NCBI GenBank assembly: GCA_039810585.1
Contig: JBDHXF010000003.1
Location: forward strand, 93,946-157,945
DNA length: 64,000 nt
From: Chlorobiota bacterium
Lineage (GTDB): Bacteria; Bacteroidota; Ignavibacteria; Kapaibacteriales; NICIL-2
Direction: 5' to 3'
Part shown: positions 21,801 through 30,546 of the stretch, piece by piece
Layout of the letters: every line of letters begins with the position of its first letter
Numbering within the stretch: position 1 is the stretch's first letter
Position numbers and translations under genes: made by a program
The notes under the pieces: model-generated
What the model saw: the letters and a program-made list of their open reading frames with translations, nothing else
Database searches by the model: none
What the model was told of the DNA's origin: nothing

Positions 21801-23014
21801 GTGACACTGATTTGATTTGCAGTTCCCGTCATTGTACGCGCCGTCATCGCTGCGGTGCCATTTCCGGAAGGGAAACCGGTTATGGTTGCGACACCGGTAC
21901 CGCCATTAGCTACCGGCAGAATGCCGCTGACGTCGTTGGTTGACGCCAGTGACACAGTTCCGGATGATAACAGACCGGACGCATTGTTCTTCACAACGCC
22001 GGCTGTTGAAAATGGACTGACGGTGGGAGCAGAACCAAAGGTTTTCGAACCATTAATTGTCTGCGCACCTTCTGTCATTACAAAATTTGCGTTCGCTCCG
22101 GCTTCAGGAATGGTGTACACCCGATTGGCTCCAAGCGTGGAAAGACCAATCGTTGCTGTCTTTGACGTAGCCTGACCGTCGTTTAAAACGAGCGAAGCCG
22201 CATTGGAATTCGAACCAACTGTTACAGTTCCTGCACTGGTTTGCACGTTTGTGTTTTCCACCCACGCCGAACCACTCCATCGAAGAGTGGAGTTATTTGT
22301 TGTTCCGCTCGATACGGAGCCATTGTTCTGCCAGGATAAGTTGCCGGAGGCATCACTCACAAGGTACTGTCCTGCTGCCGGAGCCGTAGTTGGCCAGGTG
22401 TACGTGAGATTTTGACTCTGTGCACCGGCGCGAAGCGCCGTGAAGAACGATCCTGCGGGGTTGGAGAAGCGCAATTGACCTGCGGTACCGGAAGAGGCGG
22501 TATCCAGGAAGATATTTCCTCCACTGATGTGGAGTAGTTGGGATGGAGCGCTCTGTCCGATGCCAATGTTCCCACCGGAGAGTATGCGAAGGCGCTCCGT
22601 GTTGTTGGTAAAGAAGCGGAGGTCGTGAGCGTCGGTCGTTCCTATAAACATACCGGCTGTCGTTCCCGCGTTTCCGTGGAGAGACCACGCAGTGGTCGAG
22701 ATGAGGGTATCCGGATTGATCCAAGCCATACCGGAGCCGGACATTTGCAGCAACTCAGAAGCAGCGCCCGGACTCAGTAAGCCAATTTGGCCGGTAAGTC
22801 CATTCACATGCATGAGCTGCGGTGTGGCAACTCCAAGTGTGGATGGTAGAATTAGTCGGTAAGAACCACTTGCAGAGGATGGAAGTGATATCCACGATGA
22901 ACCGCCGGCGGCACTTCCCAGGCGTAGGGAATCAGCGCCTAACCCTTGAGCATTGCTCAGAGTTGTGCCACATAGCAGCATCAAACATATTATTCCCAGA
23001 GAACATTTATTCAT
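18860..23014 (-). CDS. Giant secreted S/T/G/N-rich repeat protein with phage-tail-fibre-like beta-helical repeats (1,384 aa)
   Basis: A signal peptide is present. An N-terminal roughly 230-aa domain is shared with the adjacent gene (WSLHGNAGTT..FIGTTD..RFFTNNTERLRI). The motif LRFxNPA..F.T...AG....N..YT.P.....GQ.L.....G..SW recurs. It has no T9SS sorting domain. Confidence 0.6.
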   Translation of the reverse strand: MNKCSLGIICLMLLCGTTLSNAQGLGADSLRLGSAAGGSSWISLPSSASGSYRLILPSTLGVATPQLMHVNGLTGQIGLLSPGAASELLQMSGSGMAWINPDTLISTTAWSLHGNAGTTAGMFIGTTDAHDLRFFTNNTERLRILSGGNIGIGQSAPSQLLHISGGNIFLDTASSGTAGQLRFSNPAGSFFTALRAGAQSQNLTYTWPTTAPAAGQYLVSDASGNLSWQNNGSVSSGTTNNSTLRWSGSAWVENTNVQTSAGTVTVGSNSNAASLVLNDGQATSKTATIGLSTLGANRVYTIPEAGANANFVMTEGAQTINGSKTFGSAPTVSPFSTAGVVKNNASGLLSSGTVSLASTNDVSGILPVANGGTGVATITGFPSGNGTAAMTARTMTGTANQISVTNGDGTAGNPTFALASDPIIPGNASLTIPIGTSGQQPGSPVNGMMRYNSTSNRFEFYQNGSWVTYATGGASIAAGTVTNSTLRWNGTAWVENTNAQTNAGALTLGSNSNAASVVLNDGQATSKTATISLANLAANRAYTIPDAGTTASFVMTEGTQTINGSKTFGSAPTISPFSTAGVVKNNASGLLSSGTVSLSSANDVSGILPVANGGTGVATMTGFPSGNGTAAMTARTMTGTANQISVTNGDGTAGNPTFGLASDPIVPGNASLTIPIGTTGQQPVSPVNGMIRYNSSTGKFEFYQSGAWTNYATGGASVASGTTTNSTLRWNGSAWVENTNAQTNAGALTLGSNSNAASVVLNDGQATSKTATISLANLAANRAYTIPDAGTTASFVMTEGAQTINGTKSFNTNVLLSNSGTASELRFFEPSAGGSNYTGFKAQSQSVDVTYTLPAADGSNGQVLSTNGSSTLSWVTPSTTATTVPISGLTAAAATNSINNADYAQTWQWNSLSSNTALALSSTSTAAASNTQKLLSLSLSGANATTTQTTYGLYSTNTHTGTSSTNIAAYLSASGGTNNYALVIPSGNVGIGTTTPTSVLHVNGASRFSGGNLTIDTSASGTAGSLLFYNPARTFTTSIKAGAQGANLSYTWPTSAPSAGQFLQSDASGNMSWQSASTSTAISALTAATATNSINNVDYAQTWQWNSLSSNSALTLSSTSTAAASNGQKMLNISLSGANSTTTQSTYGLYLTNTHTGTSSTNVGAYISASGGTNNYALLIPSGNVGIGTSTPTATLHVNGSERLSGGNLSIDTSASGTAGQLQFYNPARTFTTSFKAGANTGNVTYTLPTADGSSGQMLSTNGSGTLSWASAGATITYGVNSPGAYGADQTDLSLTLSGNSVFRVSASTTININSIASGTDGRQITLINVGSNAITIKHQSATGTAANKMILSKNADAVMNADDMITLIYDGTTGRWREMNRNF
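19240..20400. repeat. In-frame tandem DNA repeat, period about 579 bp, 2 copies
   Basis: The protein repeat IS(G/A)LTAA(A/T)ATNSINN.DYAQTWQWNSLSSN...LHVNG...YNPARTFTTS.KAGA is seen twice. Confidence 0.7.
20600..22320. repeat. In-frame tandem DNA repeat, period 726 bp, about 2.3 copies; copies 2 and 3 are nearly identical
   Basis: ORF-track fragments 20673..20885 and 21399..21611 translate almost identically, as do 21120.. and 21855... The protein repeat runs NSTLRW.G.AWVENTN...FYQ.G.W..YATGGAS. Confidence 0.8.
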
Positions 23015-23316
23015 GTTCGTTGAGATACTCCCATTTTGTACGACATCCTATCGAAAACGGTGTTCGTCCATGGAGGTCTGCAAAGACCTTGCCAGAACAA
23101 AAGGGCACCATTTGTCCGGAGAACAAATGATACCTCGTGGTTTTCGGCTGTTTGTAGCGAAAATTGAGGAGCCTTGGGTTGTTTTTAAGAGAGAAGAGTA
23201 AGGAGGCGTTTTTAGCGTAAAATCGACGTGCGCATGCACGTAAAAAACCTGGAGAGTCACAAGCCTGAGGTAGATGTGTGTTTCCCATCGACTGAAAATA
23301 TTCTGATCACGGTTCT

Positions 23317-26300
23317 TTATTGAATGCGGGTGTACTTCAACATCGAGAGCTTTTTCACAACAGTGGCGGTTCCACTGGATGTACTTTGGGCCCATTGAAG
23401 TTTGATGTTGCCTGCATTGGCACCAACGGAGATCACTCCGCGAATGTTGACAGAGGTAACTCCATTGGTAATGGTAATGGCGCTCGTAGCAGTGCCACTG
23501 GTTCGGAGCCACTCGTGTACGTGACTCGTATTCCCCGAATTAAGATTTGAGCACATATTCAGCGCCATAGTAGAGCCGGTGGGAATGGAAAACGCACACT
23601 TGATTCCACCGGTCGAGCCTGTTAGATCGAGAAGAACATCGACAAACCATTGTTCACCGTTGTTAACCGGGAATTGGAGATCATCGTCGTCCTGCAAGGA
23701 GGTTGACGAACTGAGCGACTCATCCGCAGCTTTTACTTTAAACTGGTCTTTGCCAATGTTAGTCCAGGTCATCGTGCCGGAACCGTTAGTGGCCATGAAG
23801 TCGCCGTTATTTCCATCGGCCGCCGGAAGCGTGTAGTTGACGTCGGCACTCTGCGCTTGTGCACTCAGAGAGCTATAGTTAGATCCACTTGCACTTGGCT
23901 CGTAGAATCGAAGTTGACTTGCCGTACCACTGTTGCTGAGTGCTAGATTACCCTGAACGTCAAGCTTGGACGATAGCGTTGGCGATTGGGTGTTGATTCC
24001 GACCGCACCATCAGATTTAATCGTCATCCGTGGCAAGAAACCCGCGCCGCCTCCAACGGGAGTTGTTGAAAAGATAATGCGTCCCGGAACGTTGCCGGAG
24101 CTGGGGGTACTGTCCACTTCCGAGGCAATATCGGCGCACGACAGATAGCTTCCTCCAAAGTAGGCGCGCCAACGGTACTGTCCGATTTCATCGTTGATTT
24201 GTACATCCGAGTAGCCCGCACCGTAAGTGCCGCGAGACCGAATGAGTTCAAAATGTGGTCCGCCAATGGCAGTTTCCGTCACTCCCGACATCGTCGCGTA
24301 ACTCTCGTCTCCGCCTTCCATAAAGAGTCGATTGGGTAAGCCGGAATACGACGTGGGTAGCGAGCTTGCCGTGTACCCAATTCGCAGCGACCCGTCTGTT
24401 CCAAAACTACCCACTTCCGCATTGTTGACTCGAAAACGCAGAGCGTAGTTATCTGTTGTACCGAGGAAGGGAGCTGCAGCACCGCTATTACCACTCAGCA
24501 ACCAAGAAGTGGAACCCATTGTAGCCCAGCTCAATGTACCTGAGCCATTTGTGCTGAGAACCTGTCCGGAACTTCCGTCCGCACTTGGTAAGGTGTAGAC
24601 CGTACTTCCGGCCGCAGCAGCGGGCGCGAAACCAACAAACCCCGAAGTTGCACCGCTCAACCGAAATGTACCTTTGACATCCAGGGTGGCACCGGGGGAG
24701 TAGGTATTGATTCCAATGAGCGGCGTCGAGGTGTAGATGCCACTGCCATAGATGGTGTTGGCGATACTCATGTAATTGGATCCGGTCGTAGCAGGGCCGA
24801 TACATGTTGAGTCACCGATAAAAATGTTTTTACTACCACTCGTGTGCGACACGCCCGCGTTATGACCAAGGAGCACGTTTTTATCTCCGGATACCAGAAA
24901 ATATCCGGCCGAGGAACCGATGCCTGTGTTGTAATTGCCGGTATTGGCATTGAGCGCAACAATACCAACAGCCACATTGTCTTGTCCGCTGATATTCTGA
25001 TCTAAAGCCACAAATCCCACCGCAACGTTGCGCATACCCGTCGTGTTCTGGAACATCGCTTGATATCCAAGTGCAACGTTTGCAGACCCGGCGTTCGACA
25101 AAGCCGCTTGGTACCCCATAATAGTGGACTGATTACTTTGGTTGAGGTGAATGTACCCATTGGTCTTATTGATGGTCATACGTTCAGTATTCGATGTCTT
25201 GAACATCAGGTCCTGCGCATCGGTTGTCCCGAGAAAATTGGTGCCAGACGTTGTCCCTGCGTTGCCACTGAGTGACCACGATGTAGCACCATTGCCGACC
25301 CAGCTTAACGAGCCACTACCATTGGTGCTGAGTACTTGACCGTTGGATCCATCGGCTGCGGGCAGGGTGTAGCTAACGTTCGCCGTATTGGTACCAGCCT
25401 GCAACGATGTGTAGAAAGTCCTTGCCGGATTATTAAGCATAAGCTTTCCTGCCACGCCGGTAGAAGCTGAGTCGATAAGGACATTACCTGCTACGTGTAG
25501 ACGCTGTGTAGCAACCGGCACTCCAACACCAATTTTACCGGACGATACGGTTGTGCCGGAGCCGCTCACCGATGTACCGAAAATCAAATTGCCAATGCTG
25601 AGTTGATTGCTCCCTGTTGCGCTTGGCGCATCAATGTCATACCCGATTATAATGTTATTCGAGCCACTCGTTAAGGCATCGCCTGCTTTGTACCCCAGCA
25701 GAATATTGTTGGATCCAGTTGTCAATGCGTAACCTGCTTGGAAGCCAAGGAGTGTCGAGTTTGCGAAGGAAAAGGTAGACGTTCCTTGTCCCGCGCTCGT
25801 CCCGACCAGAGTGTTATTTGCCCCGGAGATATTGTAGTATCCCGCATTGTAACCCAGGAGGGTGTTGTTGTCGGCTGTCGCATTACGTCCGGCATAAGCA
25901 CCCACAAAGGTCGAATTTTGAACGTTGGCCGATCCACCCGTATTGGCACCCACGAATACGGAGTATCCCACAGTAGTTGAGGTCTTTCCGGCTCCGGCAC
26001 CAAGGATGGTATTGTAGCCACCGCCAGTGTTGATATCACGTCCGGCTTCATGTCCCGCATAGGTATTTACCGATTGCGAGCCATTGCTCTTGCCTGCACC
26101 CGATCCAAAGAAGCTGTTATATGCACCGCTACTAAGATTCAGTCCCGATTGATAGCCGAAGGTCGTATTGAACGAGCCGATATTGATGAGTCCTGAGGGT
26201 GAGTTGTACACTTTCAAAACCAGATCGGAAGAATCAAGGGTGCCGAGAATGGCGGAACTTCCGCCGAGATTATTGCCGGACAGTGACCACGCATTAGCCA

Positions 26301-27024
26301 CGGCGGCGGCATCTACCCAGCTCAGTACTCCGGCTGAGGACGTACTCAACACATTCCCATCGGACGGTGTAGATAGTGGCAGGGTGTAGTTTATCGTAGC
26401 ACTTTGATTGCCGGCTCGAAACGAGCTATAGAAAGTTCGAGAAGGATTGGAAAACCGAAGTTCAGCCGCGTTACCTGAACTGAGAGTGTCGAGGTACAAG
26501 TGACCACCGCTTAGATGGAGTAACGTGGACGGATTGTTCGTACCAATACCGACGAAGCCACCGGGCTGAATACGTAGTCGCTCTGTTGCATATGTCTTCA
26601 TGACAAGGGGCTGAGAGTCTTGCGTTCCCAAGAACGAAGTGCCCGGCACGGTACCGGCATTTCCTACCAAAGACCATGCTTGTTGCTGAACAATACTATC
26701 GGGTTGAATCCAGCTCAGCGCGCCGGACGACATGCGAAGGAGTTGCGAATCAGATCCGGGACTCAGAAGATTGAGCTGACCACTCGGTCCGTCAACATAC
26801 AGGAGCTGTCCACTGGACGAACCGAGGTTTGGAGGCAAGAGCATTCGATAGCTTTGCGTAGCTGCGGAAGGGAGAACGATCCACGACGACCCACCATTGG
26901 CGTTTCCAATTCGAATGGAGTCGACGCCAAATCCCTGTGCCCAGAGTAGCGTTGGTGCACAAAACACCAGAGCCAGCAATCCATGCTTGTAGTTGCTCAC
27001 CGTACGTCCTATGTAATATCCCAT
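23317..27024 (-). CDS. Giant secreted phage-tail-fibre-like beta-helix repeat protein (about 1,235 aa), paralogous to the adjacent gene
   Basis: The signal peptide is at the internal M (GLLALVFCAPTLLWAQG). It shares N- and C-terminal domains with 18860..23014. The centre holds GYNAG/GYQAG..NTTG.NN..VG head-repeat arrays, as in tail fibres and trimeric adhesins. Confidence 0.6.
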   Translation of the reverse strand: MGYYIGRTVSNYKHGLLALVFCAPTLLWAQGFGVDSIRIGNANGGSSWIVLPSAATQSYRMLLPPNLGSSSGQLLYVDGPSGQLNLLSPGSDSQLLRMSSGALSWIQPDSIVQQQAWSLVGNAGTVPGTSFLGTQDSQPLVMKTYATERLRIQPGGFVGIGTNNPSTLLHLSGGHLYLDTLSSGNAAELRFSNPSRTFYSSFRAGNQSATINYTLPLSTPSDGNVLSTSSAGVLSWVDAAAVANAWSLSGNNLGGSSAILGTLDSSDLVLKVYNSPSGLINIGSFNTTFGYQSGLNLSSGAYNSFFGSGAGKSNGSQSVNTYAGHEAGRDINTGGGYNTILGAGAGKTSTTVGYSVFVGANTGGSANVQNSTFVGAYAGRNATADNNTLLGYNAGYYNISGANNTLVGTSAGQGTSTFSFANSTLLGFQAGYALTTGSNNILLGYKAGDALTSGSNNIIIGYDIDAPSATGSNQLSIGNLIFGTSVSGSGTTVSSGKIGVGVPVATQRLHVAGNVLIDSASTGVAGKLMLNNPARTFYTSLQAGTNTANVSYTLPAADGSNGQVLSTNGSGSLSWVGNGATSWSLSGNAGTTSGTNFLGTTDAQDLMFKTSNTERMTINKTNGYIHLNQSNQSTIMGYQAALSNAGSANVALGYQAMFQNTTGMRNVAVGFVALDQNISGQDNVAVGIVALNANTGNYNTGIGSSAGYFLVSGDKNVLLGHNAGVSHTSGSKNIFIGDSTCIGPATTGSNYMSIANTIYGSGIYTSTPLIGINTYSPGATLDVKGTFRLSGATSGFVGFAPAAAAGSTVYTLPSADGSSGQVLSTNGSGTLSWATMGSTSWLLSGNSGAAAPFLGTTDNYALRFRVNNAEVGSFGTDGSLRIGYTASSLPTSYSGLPNRLFMEGGDESYATMSGVTETAIGGPHFELIRSRGTYGAGYSDVQINDEIGQYRWRAYFGGSYLSCADIASEVDSTPSSGNVPGRIIFSTTPVGGGAGFLPRMTIKSDGAVGINTQSPTLSSKLDVQGNLALSNSGTASQLRFYEPSASGSNYSSLSAQAQSADVNYTLPAADGNNGDFMATNGSGTMTWTNIGKDQFKVKAADESLSSSTSLQDDDDLQFPVNNGEQWFVDVLLDLTGSTGGIKCAFSIPTGSTMALNMCSNLNSGNTSHVHEWLRTSGTATSAITITNGVTSVNIRGVISVGANAGNIKLQWAQSTSSGTATVVKKLSMLKYTRIQ

Positions 27025-27237
27025 ACAGAACCAATGTACATGGCAGTCACCTTCGTGTTCGCCACAAACACGCACCCCTTCTTCTAGGGTGCTCAGTCTG
27101 CCCATGCATCACAAATAGTGCGCCAATTATTGGAGTGTAATGTCCACGATAAGCAATCATTCATCATCCTCTCGACCCACCGAGAAGAGGAAAAAAGGGA
27201 AGAGCGGTGGGTAGTACGGGACGTCCAGGAAGTCAGA

Positions 27238-27265
27238 ATACGTGCAGCCCTCAGGCTGCACGTAT
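27238..27265 (-). terminator. Perfect 12-bp-stem hairpin (atacgtgcagcc-ctca-ggctgcacgtat) 45 nt after the stop of the aminotransferase gene. It has no U-tract.
   Basis: Seen directly. Confidence 0.4.
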
Positions 27266-27309
27266 CATAAACTTTGCAAGAATTAATTGTTCGATAGGGC
27301 TCGTGTACG

Positions 27310-28641
27310 CTACCGCGGTAGTGACGAGCGGATGAGGCTCAGTGCCTCGTCAATGAGTGATGATGAGATGTCGAGGGTAGGACGGAATCTGACGCTTCGA
27401 TTTCCGCTGCCGAGGATGAGCAAACCGTTTTCGTAGGTTTTATGTAAAAACGTCGTTCGAGCTTCGCGATCGGGAAGGTCGAAGGCGCAGAACAGACCTC
27501 GACCGCGGACGTTGGTCACAACCTCCGGATATTCTTCCGAAAGAGAGCGGAGGCCGCGTCGCAGGTACTCGCCCTGTGTGTCGGCATTAGCCAGGAGCGA
27601 CTCCTCGGCAATGATGTCGAGATAGCGAGTGGCTCGGGCCATGTCCACAAGGTTGCCGCCCCAGGTGGAATTAATGCGACTGGATGTGTGAAAGACGTTA
27701 TCCGGGATGTCGTCTATACGAGTGCTGACCAAGATCCCACACACTTGCATTTTCTTTCCGAAGCTCAGAATGTCCGGCATGACGCCAAGCTGTTCGCATG
27801 CCCACCAGCTTCCCGTGATGCCGAGACCTGTTTGAACCTCATCAAAAATCAGCAAGGCATCGTGTTCGTTGGCCAAGGTACGAAGACGCTGCAAAAACTC
27901 CGGTCTGAAGTGATTATCACCACCCTCACCTTGAATGGGTTCGATAATAATAGCGGCGATATCGTCTCGATTGTCTGCAAATGCTCTCAGGATTTGTTCC
28001 TCCGCAAGCTGCTCCTTCGCCAGAACATCCGCTAAAACGTTGTCGTTCAATGGAAAGCTCAGAATCGGGTTTTCAATGCGAGGAAAGGGGAATTTTGGGA
28101 AGAGGGCAACTTTTGTGGGGTCAGTGTTGGTGAGCGACATGGTGTAACCGGAGCGACCATGAAATGCCTGCTTGAAGTGGATGACTTTGGTCCCCACTTC
28201 TTTGGTGTATCCCTTTTGGAAATTCTTACGCACCTTCCAATCGAAGGCCACTTTCAAGGCGTTCTCATTTGCCAAAGCTCCGCCCTCTATGAAGAAGGCA
28301 TAATGGAAGTGATCGGGAACAGCGCGATCGAAGAGAGTGCTCACGAACTCGGCCATTACCTCGGTGTATAAGTCTGAGTTTGAAGGTTTGTGCAAGGCAA
28401 CTTTGCCGATCTGGTTGATGAAGTCGGCGTTGTTCATCTTAGGATGGTTCAAACGCAAGGGAACCGAGGCAAAGCAACTGAACATGTCCAGATACCGGCG
28501 ACCGCTCACGGCATCGGTATAGTATCCGTCGCCGCTTTTTTCGGTGTCGAGTACAAAATCAAATCCGTCTACTAGCATGTGTTTGCGTAGTTCGGGATGT
28601 ACGTCTGCGGGTGCTACGAAATGTGAACGAGTGGCAATCAT
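27310..28641 (-). CDS. Class-III PLP aminotransferase, probably L-lysine 6-transaminase (LAT family)
   Basis: 443 aa. IIEPIQGEGGDNHF and IFDEVQTGLGITG are class-III hallmarks. GRSGYTMSLTNTDPTK..FPFPRI resembles lysine epsilon-aminotransferases. Confidence 0.55.
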   Translation of the reverse strand: MIATRSHFVAPADVHPELRKHMLVDGFDFVLDTEKSGDGYYTDAVSGRRYLDMFSCFASVPLRLNHPKMNNADFINQIGKVALHKPSNSDLYTEVMAEFVSTLFDRAVPDHFHYAFFIEGGALANENALKVAFDWKVRKNFQKGYTKEVGTKVIHFKQAFHGRSGYTMSLTNTDPTKVALFPKFPFPRIENPILSFPLNDNVLADVLAKEQLAEEQILRAFADNRDDIAAIIIEPIQGEGGDNHFRPEFLQRLRTLANEHDALLIFDEVQTGLGITGSWWACEQLGVMPDILSFGKKMQVCGILVSTRIDDIPDNVFHTSSRINSTWGGNLVDMARATRYLDIIAEESLLANADTQGEYLRRGLRSLSEEYPEVVTNVRGRGLFCAFDLPDREARTTFLHKTYENGLLILGSGNRSVRFRPTLDISSSLIDEALSLIRSSLPR

Positions 28642-29026
28642 AGTAATCTTTCCGGGTGTTGGTAGTGTCGAGAAAATTGAGAACGAACGGATGGTGACCT
28701 AACGGTCCGACAATGAACATATATCGGCACTGGCGTGGTGGCTCCGAAGAAACGAGCCATGGCAATGCGAAAGCCTTTTAGGCGGGCATAGAAGAGGACA
28801 GGCAAAGCGCTAAGAGAAGGGCTGCGCGCTGTTGGTGCCATGTCACAAACGATCCGCCACGAATGGTTCCGTGGAAATCAAGAGGAAAGGCTGCTGTGAG
28901 AGTTGTGCGTCGCATGAGATGCAAAAGTACAAAAGCCATCGCATTTGCACAGATATCGCCGCTTTGTGCTTGGAACAAATGCATTTGTGATGAAAAAAAA
29001 TTCAGCTTTTTGGTGCGTCCCTGGAT

Positions 29027-29110
29027 TTGTTCATTTTTGTCTCCACACGGTTGGCGAGCACCATTGTTCAGCTATGAATTGTTGTATATTTGTTCATGAA
29101 CAACGATTGT
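29027..29110. promoter_or_regulatory. Operator-like array of three ATTGTT(C) half-sites with a perfect TTGTTCATGAACAA palindrome (29090..29103), inside a 545-bp AT-rich intergenic region
   Basis: Seen directly. It lies about 90 bp upstream of the ATG at 29196, and TTGACA sits at 29187..29192. Confidence 0.4.
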
Positions 29111-29195
29111 CCAGCAGCCTTGCGGAAATCGGCCGAAAGTTCAAAAACGTAGAAAATTGAGCGAATTTCATTCACTTACCTAGGGGTTGACAATA

Positions 29196-30530
29196 ATGTC
29201 ATCATATCATGCGGAGCAGACCGACGGTTTGCAATTCAAGAACACATTTGTCCATTATGCTGTGTTCGTTGCCATCGGCGTCGTCGTGGCGGTGCTCTTC
29301 CAGATGTTTGTTTTAAGTAACATCGTTGAAGGCTTCGTTGTATCGCAGTTCAAACCGGACGGTTCACAGGGGAAACTGACACAGTTCAAAGGCGTGAAAG
29401 CTATTGCAACGCCGGACGGTGAAAGTCATGCCGGTCAGGACGTTAAGAGAGAGTATATCAAACCGGACTTCATTTTCGACTTCAGTAGTATGAAACGTGA
29501 AGACAAGGTTCAAGGATATTCCAAGGAGCCAGGTGAATGGGTGGTAAAGGCTCCGAAACTTGGTGAGGAAGCAATCTATCTTGAGCCATACGGTTTCTGG
29601 ATTTTGTCATTCGATGCCGGGTTTGTCGCTGCAATCTTAATCACGCTGATTTTACCGAGTGGAATCGGTTTTGTGTCCATCAAGGTTGAACGTGAAATTC
29701 ACAACAACAAAGCAAAAGTTCGTCTGCAAACAGGCTTCTCTGAGGAAATCGTTGAACTATTGGCCATGCCCGATGCCAAACTGGCCGAGCTTGGTGAAAC
29801 AGATCGCAAGCGCATAACCGACTTCTTCCGTGTAATCTGGAATCGCACAACACCGGAAGATCAAGGCGATACCTTCGGTTCACACCAAGTGGTGCATTTC
29901 GAAGACGTGTTTGATAAGAACACCGATTTGGTTGCGTTCCGCAACAATGGCTTGTACATCCGTATTCGCGAACACTTCAGCGATTTCGTGGAAGGTGAAA
30001 TTGAGGACATTAAATCAGCACACGAGTGGATGTCCAATCACTTTAAAATTTTCAACGCGTTGCGTTTGTACATGGCTCACCACTTTACAGAGCAGTATTC
30101 AAACAACGTGACAGGATTCGCCTACGGTGGTGCTGCACTTCTGATTATCGCGGTTGGTATTCGTGGTTTGAAGTTCATTCCTTCCACTCGTCCTTCGCTC
30201 ATTCTCTTCGCCATCCTCCTTGAATTCTCCATGTTGGCTTTGCTGGCTCTTACCTTGTTCTATACGGAAGAAGAAGAGCGTATGGACAAAATGCTCAAGA
30301 AGATGGAAGATGCGAGCCGTTCGCAGCTGGATGTACTTCAAGAGCAGCAGCGTGACATTCGCACCTTTGTCGACAAGCTCATTGGCGAATCGTCTGAGAT
30401 TATCAAGCGTCGCGTTGAAGAAGCTCTCTCCGAGCACCTGACTAACGACGTTGAAATGCGCAAGCAACTCTCAGCTGCTATTCTGGAAAACCTTCGCATC
30501 GATTTCAAAGACAGTATTGATCGTCGATAA
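29196..30530 (+). CDS. Hypothetical polytopic membrane protein with a C-terminal cytoplasmic coiled coil
   Basis: About 444 aa. One N-terminal TM helix, a TM pair around residues 130-165 and a TM cluster around 300-350 are predicted. A charged heptad-rich tail follows (EEEERMDKMLKKMEDASRSQLDVLQEQQRD...). The ORF track starts at a TTG at 29187, but the ATG at 29196 is more likely. No recognisable family. Confidence 0.5.
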   Translation: MSSYHAEQTDGLQFKNTFVHYAVFVAIGVVVAVLFQMFVLSNIVEGFVVSQFKPDGSQGKLTQFKGVKAIATPDGESHAGQDVKREYIKPDFIFDFSSMKREDKVQGYSKEPGEWVVKAPKLGEEAIYLEPYGFWILSFDAGFVAAILITLILPSGIGFVSIKVEREIHNNKAKVRLQTGFSEEIVELLAMPDAKLAELGETDRKRITDFFRVIWNRTTPEDQGDTFGSHQVVHFEDVFDKNTDLVAFRNNGLYIRIREHFSDFVEGEIEDIKSAHEWMSNHFKIFNALRLYMAHHFTEQYSNNVTGFAYGGAALLIIAVGIRGLKFIPSTRPSLILFAILLEFSMLALLALTLFYTEEEERMDKMLKKMEDASRSQLDVLQEQQRDIRTFVDKLIGESSEIIKRRVEEALSEHLTNDVEMRKQLSAAILENLRIDFKDSIDRR

Positions 30531-30546
30531 CAGTTTGACTATATTC

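Noticed and set aside
19550-22780. Many 60 to 120-aa ORFs on the + strand inside the giant genes (for example 20673..20885, 21399..21611, 21855..22175)
   Set aside because: They are antisense artefacts of GC-rich, low-complexity coding sequence. They are useful only as markers of the DNA tandem repeats.
18860-27105. Prophage interpretation of the tail-fibre-like genes
   Set aside because: No capsid, terminase, portal, tail-tube, baseplate or integrase genes are adjacent. The flanking genes are ligA and an aminotransferase, and both proteins carry Sec signal peptides.
28642-29186. Small ORFs of 60 to 80 aa in the 545-bp intergenic region (28778..28984, 28863..29099, 28945..29160)
   Set aside because: They are AT-rich, mutually overlapping and have no motifs. 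The region is better explained as promoter/operator DNA.
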